Source of the DNA: Macrostomum hystrix
Taxonomy: Eukaryota > Animalia > Platyhelminthes
Direction of reading: 5' to 3'
Length of the DNA stretch: 64,000 nucleotides
NCBI GenBank assembly: GCA_950097015.1
Contig: CATNEN010000007.1
Coordinates: 12,524,001 to 12,588,000 of the forward strand
The position numbers were made by a program, and so were the translations under genes. Under the pieces are notes generated by a model. It was not told the DNA's origin and did not search any database. It saw nothing but the letters and a program-made list of their open reading frames with translations. This document shows positions 24,301 to 39,300 of this stretch, in pieces (positions within the stretch are counted from its first letter, which is position 1; every line of letters begins with the position of its first letter).

Positions 24301-27300
24301 TCCATTCATTGTTATCCAACTCAAAGCATCCATCCATTGTTATCCAACTCAAAGCATCCATCCATTGTTATCCAACTCACAGCATCCATCCATTGTTAGC
24401 CAACTCACAGCATCTATCCATTGTTAGCCAACTCACAGCATCCATCCATTGTTAGCCAACTCACAGCATCCATCCATTGTTATCCAACTCACAGCATCCA
24501 TCCATTGTTAGCCAACTCACAGCATCCATCCATTGTTAGCCACTCACAGCATCCATTGTTATCTAACTCACAGCATCCATTCATTGTTATCCAACTCACA
24601 GCATCCATTCATTGTTATCCAACTCACAGCATCCATCCATTGTTAGCCACTCACAGCATCCATCCATTGTTATCCAACTCAAAGCATCCATTCATTGCTA
24701 GCCACTCACAGCATCCATTCATTGTTATCCAACTCAAAGCATCCATCCATTGTTAGCCACTCACAGCATCCATTGTTATCCAACTCACAGCATCCATTCA
24801 TTGTTATCCAACTCACAGCATCCATCCATTGTTAGCCACTCACAGCATCCATTCATTGTTATCCAACTCAAAGCATCCATCCATTGTTAGCCAACTCACA
24901 GCATCCATCCATTGTTAGCCAACTCACAGCATCCATCCATTGTTAGCCAACTCACAGCATCCATCCATTGTTAGCCAACTCACAGCATCCATCCATTGTT
25001 AGCCAACTCACAGCATCCATCCATTGTTAGCCACTCACAGCATCCATTGTTATCCAACTCACAGCATCCATCCATTGTTAGCCAACTCACAGCATCCATC
25101 CATTGTTAGCCACTCACAGCATCCATTGTTAGCCACTCACAGCATCCATCCATTGTTATCCAACTCACAGCATCCATTCATTGTTATCCAACTCACAGCA
25201 TCCATTCATTGTTATCCAACTCACAGCATCCATCCATTGTTAGCCACTCACAGCATCCATCCATTGTTATCCAACTCAAAGCATCCATTTATTGCTAGCC
25301 ACTCACAGCATCCATTCATTGTTATCCAACTCAAAGCATCCATCCATTGTTAGCCACTCACAGCATCCATTGTTATCCAACTCACAGCATCCATTGTTAT
25401 CCAACTCACAGCATCCATTCATTGTTATCCAACTCACAGCATCCATCCATTGTTAGCCACTCACAGCATCCATTCATTGTTATCCAACTCAAAGCATCCA
25501 TCCATTGTTAGCCAACTCACAGCATCCATCCATTGTTAGCCAACTCACAGCATCCATCCATTGTTAGCCAACTCACAGCATCCATCCATTGTTAGCCAAC
25601 TCACAGCATCCATCCATTGTTAGCCACTCACAGCATCCATCCATTGTTATCCAACTCACAGCATCCATCCATTGTTATCCAACTCACAGCATCCATCCAT
25701 TGTTATCCAACTCACAGCATCCATCCATTGTTATCCAACTCACAGCATCCATCCATTGTTATCCAACTCACAGCATCCATCCATTGTTATCCAACTCACA
25801 GCATCCATCCATTGTAATCCAACTCACAGCATCCATCCATTGTTAGCCACTCACAGCATCCATTGTTATCCAACTCACAGCATCCATTGTTATCCAACTC
25901 ACAGCATCCATTGCTATCCAACTCACAGCATCCATTCATTGTTATCCAACTCACAGCATCCATCCATTGTTAGCCACTCACAGCATCCATCCATTGTTAG
26001 CCACTCACAGCATCCATCCATTGTTATCCACTCACAGCATCCATCCATTGTTAGCCACTCACAGCATCCATCCATTGTTATCCACTCACAGCATCCATCC
26101 ATTGTTAGCCAACTCACAGCATCCATCCATTGTTAGCCAACTCACAGCATCCATCCATTGTTAGCCAACTCACAGCATCCATCCATTGTTAGCCAACTCA
26201 CAGCATCCATCCATTGTTATCCAACTCACAGCAACCATCCATTGTTAGCCAACTCACAGCATCCATCCATTGTTAGCCAACTCACAGCATCCATCCATTG
26301 TTAGCCACTCACAGCATCCATCCATTGTTATCCAACTCACAGCATCCATCCATTGTTATCCAACTCACAGCATCCATCCATTGTTATCCAACTCACAGCA
26401 TCCATCCATTGTTATCCAACTCACAGCATCCATCCATTGTTATCCAACTCACAGCATCCATCCATTGTTATCCAACTCACAGCATCCATCCATTGTTAGC
26501 CAACTCACAGCATCCATCCATTGTTAGCCACTCACAGCATCCATTGTTATCCAACTCACAGCATCCATTGTTATCCAACTCACAGCATCCATTCATTGTT
26601 ATCCAACTCACAGCATCCATCCATTGTTAGCCACTCACAGCATCCATCCATTGTTATCCAACTCAAAGCATCCATTCATTGCTAGCCACTCACAGCATCC
26701 ATTCATTGTTATCCAACTCAAAGCATCCATCCATTGTTAGCCAACTCACAGCATCCATCCATTGTTATCCAACTCACAGCATCCATTCATTGTTATCCAA
26801 CTCAAAGCATCCATCCATTGTTATCCAACTCAAAGCATCCATCCATTGTTATCCAACTCACAGCGTCCATCCATTGTTAGCCAACTCACAACATCTATCC
26901 ATTGTTAGCCAACTCACAGCATCCATCCATTGTTAGCCAACTCACAGCATCCATCCATTGTTATCCAACTCACAGCATCCATCCATTGTTAGCCAACTCA
27001 CAGCATCCATCCATTGTTAGCCACTCACAGCATCCATTGTTATCCAACTCACAGCATCCATTCATTGTTATCCAACTCACGGCATCCATTCATTGTTATC
27101 CAACTCACAGCATCCATCCATTGTTAGCCACTCACAGCATCCATCCATTGTTATCCAACTCAAAGCATCCATTCATTGCTAGCCACTCACAGCATCCATT
27201 CATTGTTATCCAACTCAAAGCATCCATCCATTGTTAGCCACTCACAGCATCCATTGTTATCCAACTCACAGCATCCATTGTTATCCAACTCACAGCATCC

Positions 27301-30300
27301 ATTCATTGTTATCCAACTCACAGCATCCATCCATTGTTAGCCAACTCACAGCATCCATTCATTGTTATCCAACTCAAAGCATCCATCCATTGTTAGCCAA
27401 CTCACAGCATCCATCCATTGTTAGCCAACTCACAGCATCCATCCATTGTTAGCCAACTCACAGCATCCATCCATTGTTAGCCAACTCACAGCATCCATCC
27501 ATTGTTAGCCAACTCACAGCATCCATCCATTGTTAGTCACTCACAGCATCCATTGTTATCCAACTCACAGCATCCATTCATTGTTATCCAACTCACAGCA
27601 TCCATTCATTGTTATCCAACTCACAGCATCCATCCATTGTTAGCCACTCACAGCATCCATCCATTGTTATCCAACTCAAAGCATCCATTCATTGCTAGCC
27701 ACTCACAGCATCCATTCATTGTTATCCAACTCAAAGCATCCATCCATTGTTAGCCACTCACAGCATCCATTGTTATCCAACTCACAGCATCCATTGTTAT
27801 CCAACTCACAGCATCCATCCATTGTTAGCCACTCACAGCATCCATCCATTGTTATCCAACTCACAGCATCCATCCATTGTTATCCAACTCACAGCATCCA
27901 TCCATTGTTATCCAACTCACAGCATCCATCCATTGTTATCCAACTCACAGCATCCATCCATTGTTATCCAACTCACAGCATCCATCCATTGTTATCCAAC
28001 TCACAGCATCCATCCATTGTTAGCCAACTCACAGCATCCATCCATTGTTAGCCACTCACAGCATCCATTGTTATCCAACTCACAGCATCCATTGTTATCC
28101 AACTCACAGCATCCATTCATTGTTATCCAACTCACAGCATCCATCCATTGTTAGCCACTCACAGCATCCATCCATTGTTATCCAACTCAAAGCATCCATT
28201 CATTGCTAGCCACTCACAGCATCCATTCATTGTTATCCAACTCAAAGCATCCATCCATTGTTAGCCAACTCACAGCATCCATCCATTGTTATCCAACTCA
28301 CAGCATCCATTCATTGTTATCCAACTCAAAGCATCCATCCATTGTTATCCAACTCAAAGCATCCATCCATTGTTATCCAACTCACAGCGTCCATCCATTG
28401 TTAGCCAACTCACAACATCTATCCATTGTTAGCCAACTCACAGCATCCATCCATTGTTAGCCAACTCACAGCATCCATCCATTGTTATCCAACTCACAGC
28501 ATCCATCCATTGTTAGCCAACTCACAGCATCCATCCATTGTTAGCCACTCACAGCATCCATTGTTATCCAACTCACAGCATCCATTCATTGTTATCCAAC
28601 TCACAGCATCCATTCATTGTTATCCAACTCACAGCATCCATCCATTGTTAGCCACTCACAGCATCCATCCATTGTTATCCAACTCAAAGCATCCATTCAT
28701 TGCTAGCCACTCACAGCATCCATTCATTGTTATCCAACTCAAAGCATCCATCCATTGTTAGCCACTCACAGCATCCATTGTTATCCAACTCACAGCATCC
28801 ATTGTTATCCAACTCACAGCATCCATTCATTGTTATCCAACTCACAGCATCCATCCATTGTTAGCCAACTCACAGCATCCATTCATTGTTATCCAACTCA
28901 AAGCATCCATCCATTGTTAGCCAACTCACAGCATCCATCCATTGTTAGCCAACTCACAGCATCCATCCATTGTTAGCCAACTCACAGCATCCATCCATTG
29001 TTAGCCAACTCACAGCATCCATCCATTGTTAGCCAACTCACAGCATCCATCCATTGTTAGTCACTCACAGCATCCATTGTTATCCAACTCACAGCATCCA
29101 TTCATTGTTATCCAACTCACAGCATCCATTCATTGTTATCCAACTCACAGCATCCATCCATTGTTAGCCACTCACAGCATCCATCCATTGTTATCCAACT
29201 CAAAGCATCCATTCATTGCTAGCCACTCACAGCATCCATTCATTGTTATCCAACTCAAAGCATCCATCCATTGTTAGCCACTCACAGCATCCATTGTTAT
29301 CCAACTCACAGCATCCATTGTTATCCAACTCACAGCATCCATTCATTGTTAGCCACTCACAGCATCCATTGTTATCCAACTCACAGCATCCATTGTTATC
29401 CAACTCACAGCATCCATCCATTGTTAGCCACTCACAGCATCCATCCATTGTTATCCAACTCAAAGCATCCATCCATTGTTAGCCAACTCACAGCATCCAT
29501 CCATTGTTAGCCAACTCACAGCATCCATCCATTGTTAGCCAACTCACAGCATCCATCCATTGTTAGCCAACTCACAGCATCCATCCATTGTTAGCCAACT
29601 CACAGCATCCATCCATTGTTAGCCAACTCACAGCATCCATCCATTGTTAGCCAACTCACAGCATCCATCCATTGTTAGCCAACTCACAGCATCCATCCAT
29701 TGTTAGCCACTCACAGCATCCATCCATTGTTATCCAACTCACAGCATCCATCCATTGTTATCCAACTCACAGCATCCATCCATTGTTATCCAACTCACAG
29801 CATCCATCCATTGTTAGCCACTCACAGCATCCATCCATTGTTATCCAACTCACAGCATCCATCCATTGTTATCCAACTCACAGCATCCATCCATTGTTAG
29901 CCAACTCACAGCATCCATCCATTGTTAGCCACTCACAGCATCCATTGTTATCCAACTCACAGCATCCATTGTTATCCAACTCACAGCATCCATTCATTGT
30001 TATCCAACTCACAGCATCCATCCATTGTTAGCCACTCACAGCATCCATCCATTGTTATCCAACTCAAAGCATCCATTCATTGCTAGCCACTCACAGCATC
30101 CATTCATTGTTATCCAACTCAAAGCATCCATCCATTGTTAGCCAACTCACAGCATCCATCCATTGTTATCCAACTCACAGCATCCATTCATTGTTATCCA
30201 ACTCAAAGCATCCATCCATTGTTATCCAACTCAAAGCATCCATCCATTGTTATCCAACTCACAGCATCCATCCATTGTTAGCCAACTCACAGCATCTATC

Positions 30301-33300
30301 CATTGTTAGCCAACTCACAGCATCCATCCATTGTTAGCCAACTCACAGCATCCATTCATTGTTATCCAACTCACAGCATCCATCCATTGTTAGCCAACTC
30401 ACAGCATCCATCCATTGTTAGCCACTCACAGCATCCATTGTTATCCAACTCACAGCATCCATTCATTGTTATCCAACTCACAGCATCCATCCATTGTTAG
30501 CCACTCACAGCATCCATCCATTGTTATCCAACTCAAAGCATCCATTCATTGCTAGCCACTCACAGCATCCATTCATTGTTATCCAACTCAAAGCATCCAT
30601 CCATTGTTAGCCACTCACAGCATCCATTGTTATCCAACTCACAGCATCCATTGTTATCCAACTCACAGCATCCATTCATTGTTATCCAACTCACAGCATC
30701 CATCCATTGTTAGCCACTCACAGCATCCATTCATTGTTATCCAACTCAAAGCATCCATCCATTGTTAGCCAACTCACAGCATCCATCCATTGTTAGCCAA
30801 CTCACAGCATCCATCCATTGTTAGCCAACTCACAGCATCCATCCATTGTTAGCCAACTCACAGCATCCATCCATTGTTAGCCAACTCACAGCATCCATCC
30901 ATTGTTAGCCACTCACAGCATCCATTGTTATCCAACTCACAGCATCCATTCATTGTTATCCAACTCACAGCATCCATTCATTGTTATCCAACTCACAGCA
31001 TCCATCCATTGTTAGCCACTCACAGCATCCATCCATTGTTATCCAACTCAAAGCATCCATTCATTGCTAGCCACTCACAGCATCCATTCATTGTTATCCA
31101 ACTCAAAGCATCCATCCATTGTTAGCCACTCACAGCATCCATTGTTGTCCAACTCACAGCATCCATTGTTATCCAACTCACAGCATCCATCCATTGTTAG
31201 CCAACTCACAGCATCCATCCATTGTTAGCCACTCACAGCATCCATTGTTATCCAACTCACAGCATCCATTGTTATCCAACTCACAGCATCCATTCATTGT
31301 TATCCAACTCACAGCATCCATCCATTGTTAGCCACTCACAGCATCCATCCATTGTTATCCAACTCAAAGCATCCATTCATTGCTAGCCACTCACAGCATC
31401 CATTCATTGTTATCCAACTCAAAGCATCCATCCATTGTTAGCCAACTCACAGCATCCATCCATTGTTATCCAACTCACAGCATCCATCCATTGTTATCCA
31501 ACTCACAGCATCCATCCATTGTTATCCAACTCACAGCATCCATCCATTGTTATCCAACTCACAGCATCCATCCATTGTTAGCCAACTCACGGCATCCATC
31601 CATTGTTAGCCACTCACAGCATCCATTGTTATCCAACTCACAGCATCCATTGTTATCCAACTCACAGCATCCATTCATTGTTATCCAACTCACAGCATCC
31701 ATCCATTGTTAGCCACTCACAGCATCCATCCATTGTTAGCCACTCACAGCATCCATCCATTGTTATCCACTCACAGCATCCATCCATTGTTAGCCACTCA
31801 CAGAATCCATCCATTGTTATCCACTCACAGCATCCATTCATTGTTAGCCAACTCACAGCATCCATCCTTTGTTAGCCACTCACAGCATCCATCCATTGTT
31901 ATCCAACTCACAGCATCCATTCATTGTTATCCAACTCAAAGCATCCATCCATTGTTAGCCAACTCACAGCATCCATCCATTGTTAGCCAACTCACAGCAT
32001 CCATCCATTGTTATCCAACTCAAAGCATCCATCCATTGTTATCCAACTCACAGCATCCATCCATTGTTATCCAACTCACAGCATCCATCCATTGTTATCC
32101 AACTCACAGCATCCATCCATTGTTAGCCAACTCACAGCATCCATCCATTGTTAGCCACTCACAGCATCCATTGTTATCCAACTCACAGCATCCATTGTTA
32201 TCCAACTCACAGCATCCATTCATTGTTATCCAACTCACAGCATCCATCCATTGTTAGCCACTCACAGCATCCATCCATTGTTATCCAACTCAAAGCATCC
32301 ATTCATTGCTAGCCACTCACAGCATCCATTCATTGTTATCCAACTCAAAGCATCCATCCATTGTTAGCCAACTCACAGCATCCATCCATTGTTATCCAAC
32401 TCACAGCATCCATTCATTGTTATCCAACTCAAAGCATCCATCCATTGTTATCCAACTCAAAGCATCCATCCATTGTTATCCAACTCACAGCATCCATCCA
32501 TTGTTAGCCAACTCACAGCATCTATCCATTGTTAGCCAACTCACAGCATCCATCCATTGTTAGCCAACTCACAGCATCCATCCATTGTTATCCAACTCAC
32601 AGCATCCATCCATTGTTAGCCAACTCACAGCATCCATCCATTGTTAGCCACTCACAGCATCCATTGTTATCCAACTCACAGCATCCATTCATTGTTATCC
32701 AACTCACAGCATCCATCCATTGTTAGCCACTCACAGCATCCATCCATTGTTATCCAACTCAAAGCATCCATTCATTGCTAGCCACTCACAGCATCCATTC
32801 ATTGTTATCCAACTCAAAGCATCCATCCATTGTTAGCCACTCACAGCATCCATTGTTATCCAACTCACAGCATCCATTGTTATCCAACTCACAGCATCCA
32901 TTCATTGTTATCCAACTCACAGCATCCATCCATTGTTAGCCACTCACAGCATCCATTCATTGTTATCCAACTCAAAGCATCCATCCATTGTTAGCCAACT
33001 CACAGCATCCATCCATTGTTAGCCAACTCACAGCATCCATCCATTGTTAGCCAACTCACAGCATCCATCCATTGTTAGCCAACTCACAGCATCCATCCAT
33101 TGTTAGCCAACTCACAGCATCCATCCATTGTTAGCCACTCACAGCATCCATTGTTATCCAACTCACAGCATCCATTCATTGTTATCCAACTCACAGCATC
33201 CATTCATTGTTATCCAACTCACAGCATCCATCCATTGTTAGCCACTCACAGCATCCATCCATTGTTATCCAACTCAAAGCATCCATTCATTGCTAGCCAC

Positions 33301-36300
33301 TCACAGCATCCATTCATTGTTATCCAACTCAAAGCATCCATCCATTGTTAGCCACTCACAGCATCCATTGTTGTCCAACTCACAGCATCCATTGTTATCC
33401 AACTCACAGCATCCATCCATTGTTAGCCAACTCACAGCATCCATCCATTGTTAGCCACTCACAGCATCCATCCATTGTTATCCAACTCAAAGCATCCATT
33501 CATTGCTAGCCACTCACAGCATCCATTCATTGTTATCCAACTCAAAGCATCCATCCATTGTTAGCCAACTCACAGCATCCATCCATTGTTATCCAACTCA
33601 CAGCATCCATCCATTGTTATCCAACTCACAGCATCCATCCATTGTTATCCAACTCACAGCATCCATCCATTGTTATCCAACTCACAGCATCCATCCATTG
33701 TTAGCCAACTCACGGCATCCATCCATTGTTAGCCACTCACAGCATCCATTGTTATCCAACTCACAGCATCCATTGTTATCCAACTCACAGCATCCATTCA
33801 TTGTTATCCAACTCACAGCATCCATCCATTGTTAGCCACTCACAGCATCCATCCATTGTTAGCCACTCACAGCATCCATCCATTGTTATCCACTCACAGC
33901 ATCCATCCATTGTTAGCCACTCACAGAATCCATCCATTGTTATCCACTCACAGCATCCATTCATTGTTATCCAACTCACAGCATCCATCCATTGTTATCC
34001 AACTCACAGCATCCATCCATTGTTATCCAACTCACAGCATCCATCCATTGTTATCCAACTCACAGCATCCATCCATTGTTATCCAACTCACAGCATCCAT
34101 CCATTGTTAGCCAACTCACAGCATCCATCCATTGTTAGCCACTCACAGCATCCATTGTTATCCAACTCACAGCATCCATTGTTATCCAACTCACAGCATC
34201 CATTCATTGTTATCCAACTCACAGCATCCATCCATTGTTAGCCACTCACAGCATCCATCCATTGTTATCCAACTCAAAGCATCCATTCATTGCTAGCCAC
34301 TCACAGCATCCATTCATTGTTATCCAACTCAAAGCATCCATCCATTGTTAGCCAACTCACAGCATCCATCCATTGTTATCCAACTCACAGCATCCATTCA
34401 TTGTTATCCAACTCAAAGCATCCATCCATTGTTATCCAACTCAAAGCATCCATCCATTGTTATCCAACTCACAGCGTCCATCCATTGTTAGCCAACTCAC
34501 AACATCTATCCATTGTTAGCCAACTCACAGCATCCATCCATTGTTAGCCAACTCACAGCATCCATCCATTGTTATCCAACTCACAGCATCCATCCATTGT
34601 TAGCCAACTCACAGCATCCATCCATTGTTAGCCACTCACAGCATCCATTGTTATCCAACTCACAGCATCCATTCATTGTTATCCAACTCACGGCATCCAT
34701 TCATTGTTATCCAACTCACAGCATCCATCCATTGTTAGCCACTCACAGCATCCATCCATTGTTATCCAACTCAAAGCATCCATTCATTGCTAGCCACTCA
34801 CAGCATCCATTCATTGTTATCCAACTCAAAGCATCCATCCATTGTTAGCCACTCACAGCATCCATTGTTATCCAACTCACAGCATCCATTGTTATCCAAC
34901 TCACAGCATCCATTCATTGTTATCCAACTCACAGCATCCATCCATTGTTAGCCAACTCACAGCATCCATTCATTGTTATCCAACTCAAAGCATCCATCCA
35001 TTGTTAGCCAACTCACAGCATCCATCCATTGTTAGCCAACTCACAGCATCCATCCATTGTTAGCCAACTCACAGCATCCATCCATTGTTAGCCAACTCAC
35101 AGCATCCATCCATTGTTAGCCAACTCACAGCATCCATCCATTGTTAGTCACTCACAGCATCCATTGTTATCCAACTCACAGCATCCATTCATTGTTATCC
35201 AACTCACAGCATCCATTCATTGTTATCCAACTCACAGCATCCATCCATTGTTAGCCACTCACAGCATCCATCCATTGTTATCCAACTCAAAGCATCCATT
35301 CATTGCTAGCCACTCACAGCATCCATTCATTGTTATCCAACTCAAAGCATCCATCCATTGTTAGCCACTCACAGCATCCATTGTTATCCAACTCACAGCA
35401 TCCATTGTTATCCAACTCACAGCATCCATCCATTGTTAGCCACTCACAGCATCCATCCATTGTTATCCAACTCACAGCATCCATCCATTGTTATCCAACT
35501 CACAGCATCCATCCATTGTTATCCAACTCACAGCATCCATCCATTGTTATCCAACTCACAGCATCCATCCATTGTTATCCAACTCACAGCATCCATCCAT
35601 TGTTATCCAACTCACAGCATCCATCCATTGTTAGCCAACTCACAGCATCCATCCATTGTTAGCCACTCACAGCATCCATTGTTATCCAACTCACAGCATC
35701 CATTGTTATCCAACTCACAGCATCCATTCATTGTTATCCAACTCACAGCATCCATCCATTGTTAGCCACTCACAGCATCCATCCATTGTTATCCAACTCA
35801 AAGCATCCATTCATTGCTAGCCACTCACAGCATCCATTCATTGTTATCCAACTCAAAGCATCCATCCATTGTTAGCCAACTCACAGCATCCATCCATTGT
35901 TATCCAACTCACAGCATCCATTCATTGTTATCCAACTCAAAGCATCCATCCATTGTTATCCAACTCAAAGCATCCATCCATTGTTATCCAACTCACAGCG
36001 TCCATCCATTGTTAGCCAACTCACAACATCTATCCATTGTTAGCCAACTCACAGCATCCATCCATTGTTAGCCAACTCACAGCATCCATCCATTGTTATC
36101 CAACTCACAGCATCCATCCATTGTTAGCCAACTCACAGCATCCATCCATTGTTAGCCACTCACAGCATCCATTGTTATCCAACTCACAGCATCCATTCAT
36201 TGTTATCCAACTCACAGCATCCATTCATTGTTATCCAACTCACAGCATCCATCCATTGTTAGCCACTCACAGCATCCATCCATTGTTATCCAACTCAAAG

Positions 36301-39300
36301 CATCCATTCATTGCTAGCCACTCACAGCATCCATTCATTGTTATCCAACTCAAAGCATCCATCCATTGTTAGCCACTCACAGCATCCATTGTTATCCAAC
36401 TCACAGCATCCATTGTTATCCAACTCACAGCATCCATTCATTGTTATCCAACTCACAGCATCCATCCATTGTTAGCCAACTCACAGCATCCATTCATTGT
36501 TATCCAACTCAAAGCATCCATCCATTGTTAGCCAACTCACAGCATCCATCCATTGTTAGCCAACTCACAGCATCCATCCATTGTTAGCCAACTCACAGCA
36601 TCCATCCATTGTTAGCCAACTCACAGCATCCATCCATTGTTAGCCAACTCACAGCATCCATCCATTGTTAGTCACTCACAGCATCCATTGTTATCCAACT
36701 CACAGCATCCATTCATTGTTATCCAACTCACAGCATCCATTCATTGTTATCCAACTCACAGCATCCATCCATTGTTAGCCACTCACAGCATCCATCCATT
36801 GTTATCCAACTCAAAGCATCCATTCATTGCTAGCCACTCACAGCATCCATTCATTGTTATCCAACTCAAAGCATCCATCCATTGTTAGCCACTCACAGCA
36901 TCCATTGTTATCCAACTCACAGCATCCATTGTTATCCAACTCACAGCATCCATTCATTGTTAGCCACTCACAGCATCCATTGTTATCCAACTCACAGCAT
37001 CCATTGTTATCCAACTCACAGCATCCATCCATTGTTAGCCACTCACAGCATCCATCCATTGTTATCCAACTCAAAGCATCCATCCATTGTTAGCCAACTC
37101 ACAGCATCCATCCATTGTTAGCCAACTCACAGCATCCATCCATTGTTAGCCAACTCACAGCATCCATCCATTGTTAGCCAACTCACAGCATCCATCCATT
37201 GTTAGCCAACTCACAGCATCCATCCATTGTTAGCCAACTCACAGCATCCATCCATTGTTAGCCAACTCACAGCATCCATCCATTGTTAGCCAACTCACAG
37301 CATCCATCCATTGTTAGCCACTCACAGCATCCATCCATTGTTATCCAACTCACAGCATCCATCCATTGTTATCCAACTCACAGCATCCATCCATTGTTAT
37401 CCAACTCACAGCATCCATCCATTGTTAGCCACTCACAGCATCCATCCATTGTTATCCAACTCACAGCATCCATCCATTGTTATCCAACTCACAGCATCCA
37501 TCCATTGTTAGCCAACTCACAGCATCCATCCATTGTTAGCCACTCACAGCATCCATTGTTATCCAACTCACAGCATCCATTGTTATCCAACTCACAGCAT
37601 CCATTCATTGTTATCCAACTCACAGCATCCATCCATTGTTAGCCACTCACAGCATCCATCCATTGTTATCCAACTCAAAGCATCCATTCATTGCTAGCCA
37701 CTCACAGCATCCATTCATTGTTATCCAACTCAAAGCATCCATCCATTGTTAGCCAACTCACAGCATCCATCCATTGTTATCCAACTCACAGCATCCATTC
37801 ATTGTTATCCAACTCAAAGCATCCATCCATTGTTATCCAACTCAAAGCATCCATCCATTGTTATCCAACTCACAGCATCCATCCATTGTTAGCCAACTCA
37901 CAGCATCTATCCATTGTTAGCCAACTCACAGCATCCATCCATTGTTAGCCAACTCACAGCATCCATTCATTGTTATCCAACTCACAGCATCCATCCATTG
38001 TTAGCCAACTCACAGCATCCATCCATTGTTAGCCACTCACAGCATCCATTGTTATCCAACTCACAGCATCCATTCATTGTTATCCAACTCACAGCATCCA
38101 TCCATTGTTAGCCACTCACAGCATCCATCCATTGTTATCCAACTCAAAGCATCCATTCATTGCTAGCCACTCACAGCATCCATTCATTGTTATCCAACTC
38201 AAAGCATCCATCCATTGTTAGCCACTCACAGCATCCATTGTTATCCAACTCACAGCATCCATTGTTATCCAACTCACAGCATCCATTCATTGTTATCCAA
38301 CTCACAGCATCCATCCATTGTTAGCCACTCACAGCATCCATTCATTGTTATCCAACTCAAAGCATCCATCCATTGTTAGCCAACTCACAGCATCCATCCA
38401 TTGTTAGCCAACTCACAGCATCCATCCATTGTTAGCCAACTCACAGCATCCATCCATTGTTAGCCAACTCACAGCATCCATCCATTGTTAGCCAACTCAC
38501 AGCATCCATCCATTGTTAGCCACTCACAGCATCCATTGTTATCCAACTCACAGCATCCATTCATTGTTATCCAACTCACAGCATCCATTCATTGTTATCC
38601 AACTCACAGCATCCATCCATTGTTAGCCACTCACAGCATCCATCCATTGTTATCCAACTCAAAGCATCCATTCATTGCTAGCCACTCACAGCATCCATTC
38701 ATTGTTATCCAACTCAAAGCATCCATCCATTGTTAGCCACTCACAGCATCCATTGTTGTCCAACTCACAGCATCCATTGTTATCCAACTCACAGCATCCA
38801 TCCATTGTTAGCCAACTCACAGCATCCATCCATTGTTAGCCACTCACAGCATCCATTGTTATCCAACTCACAGCATCCATTGTTATCCAACTCACAGCAT
38901 CCATTCATTGTTATCCAACTCACAGCATCCATCCATTGTTAGCCACTCACAGCATCCATCCATTGTTATCCAACTCAAAGCATCCATTCATTGCTAGCCA
39001 CTCACAGCATCCATTCATTGTTATCCAACTCAAAGCATCCATCCATTGTTAGCCAACTCACAGCATCCATCCATTGTTATCCAACTCACAGCATCCATCC
39101 ATTGTTATCCAACTCACAGCATCCATCCATTGTTATCCAACTCACAGCATCCATCCATTGTTATCCAACTCACAGCATCCATCCATTGTTAGCCAACTCA
39201 CGGCATCCATCCATTGTTAGCCACTCACAGCATCCATTGTTATCCAACTCACAGCATCCATTGTTATCCAACTCACAGCATCCATTCATTGTTATCCAAC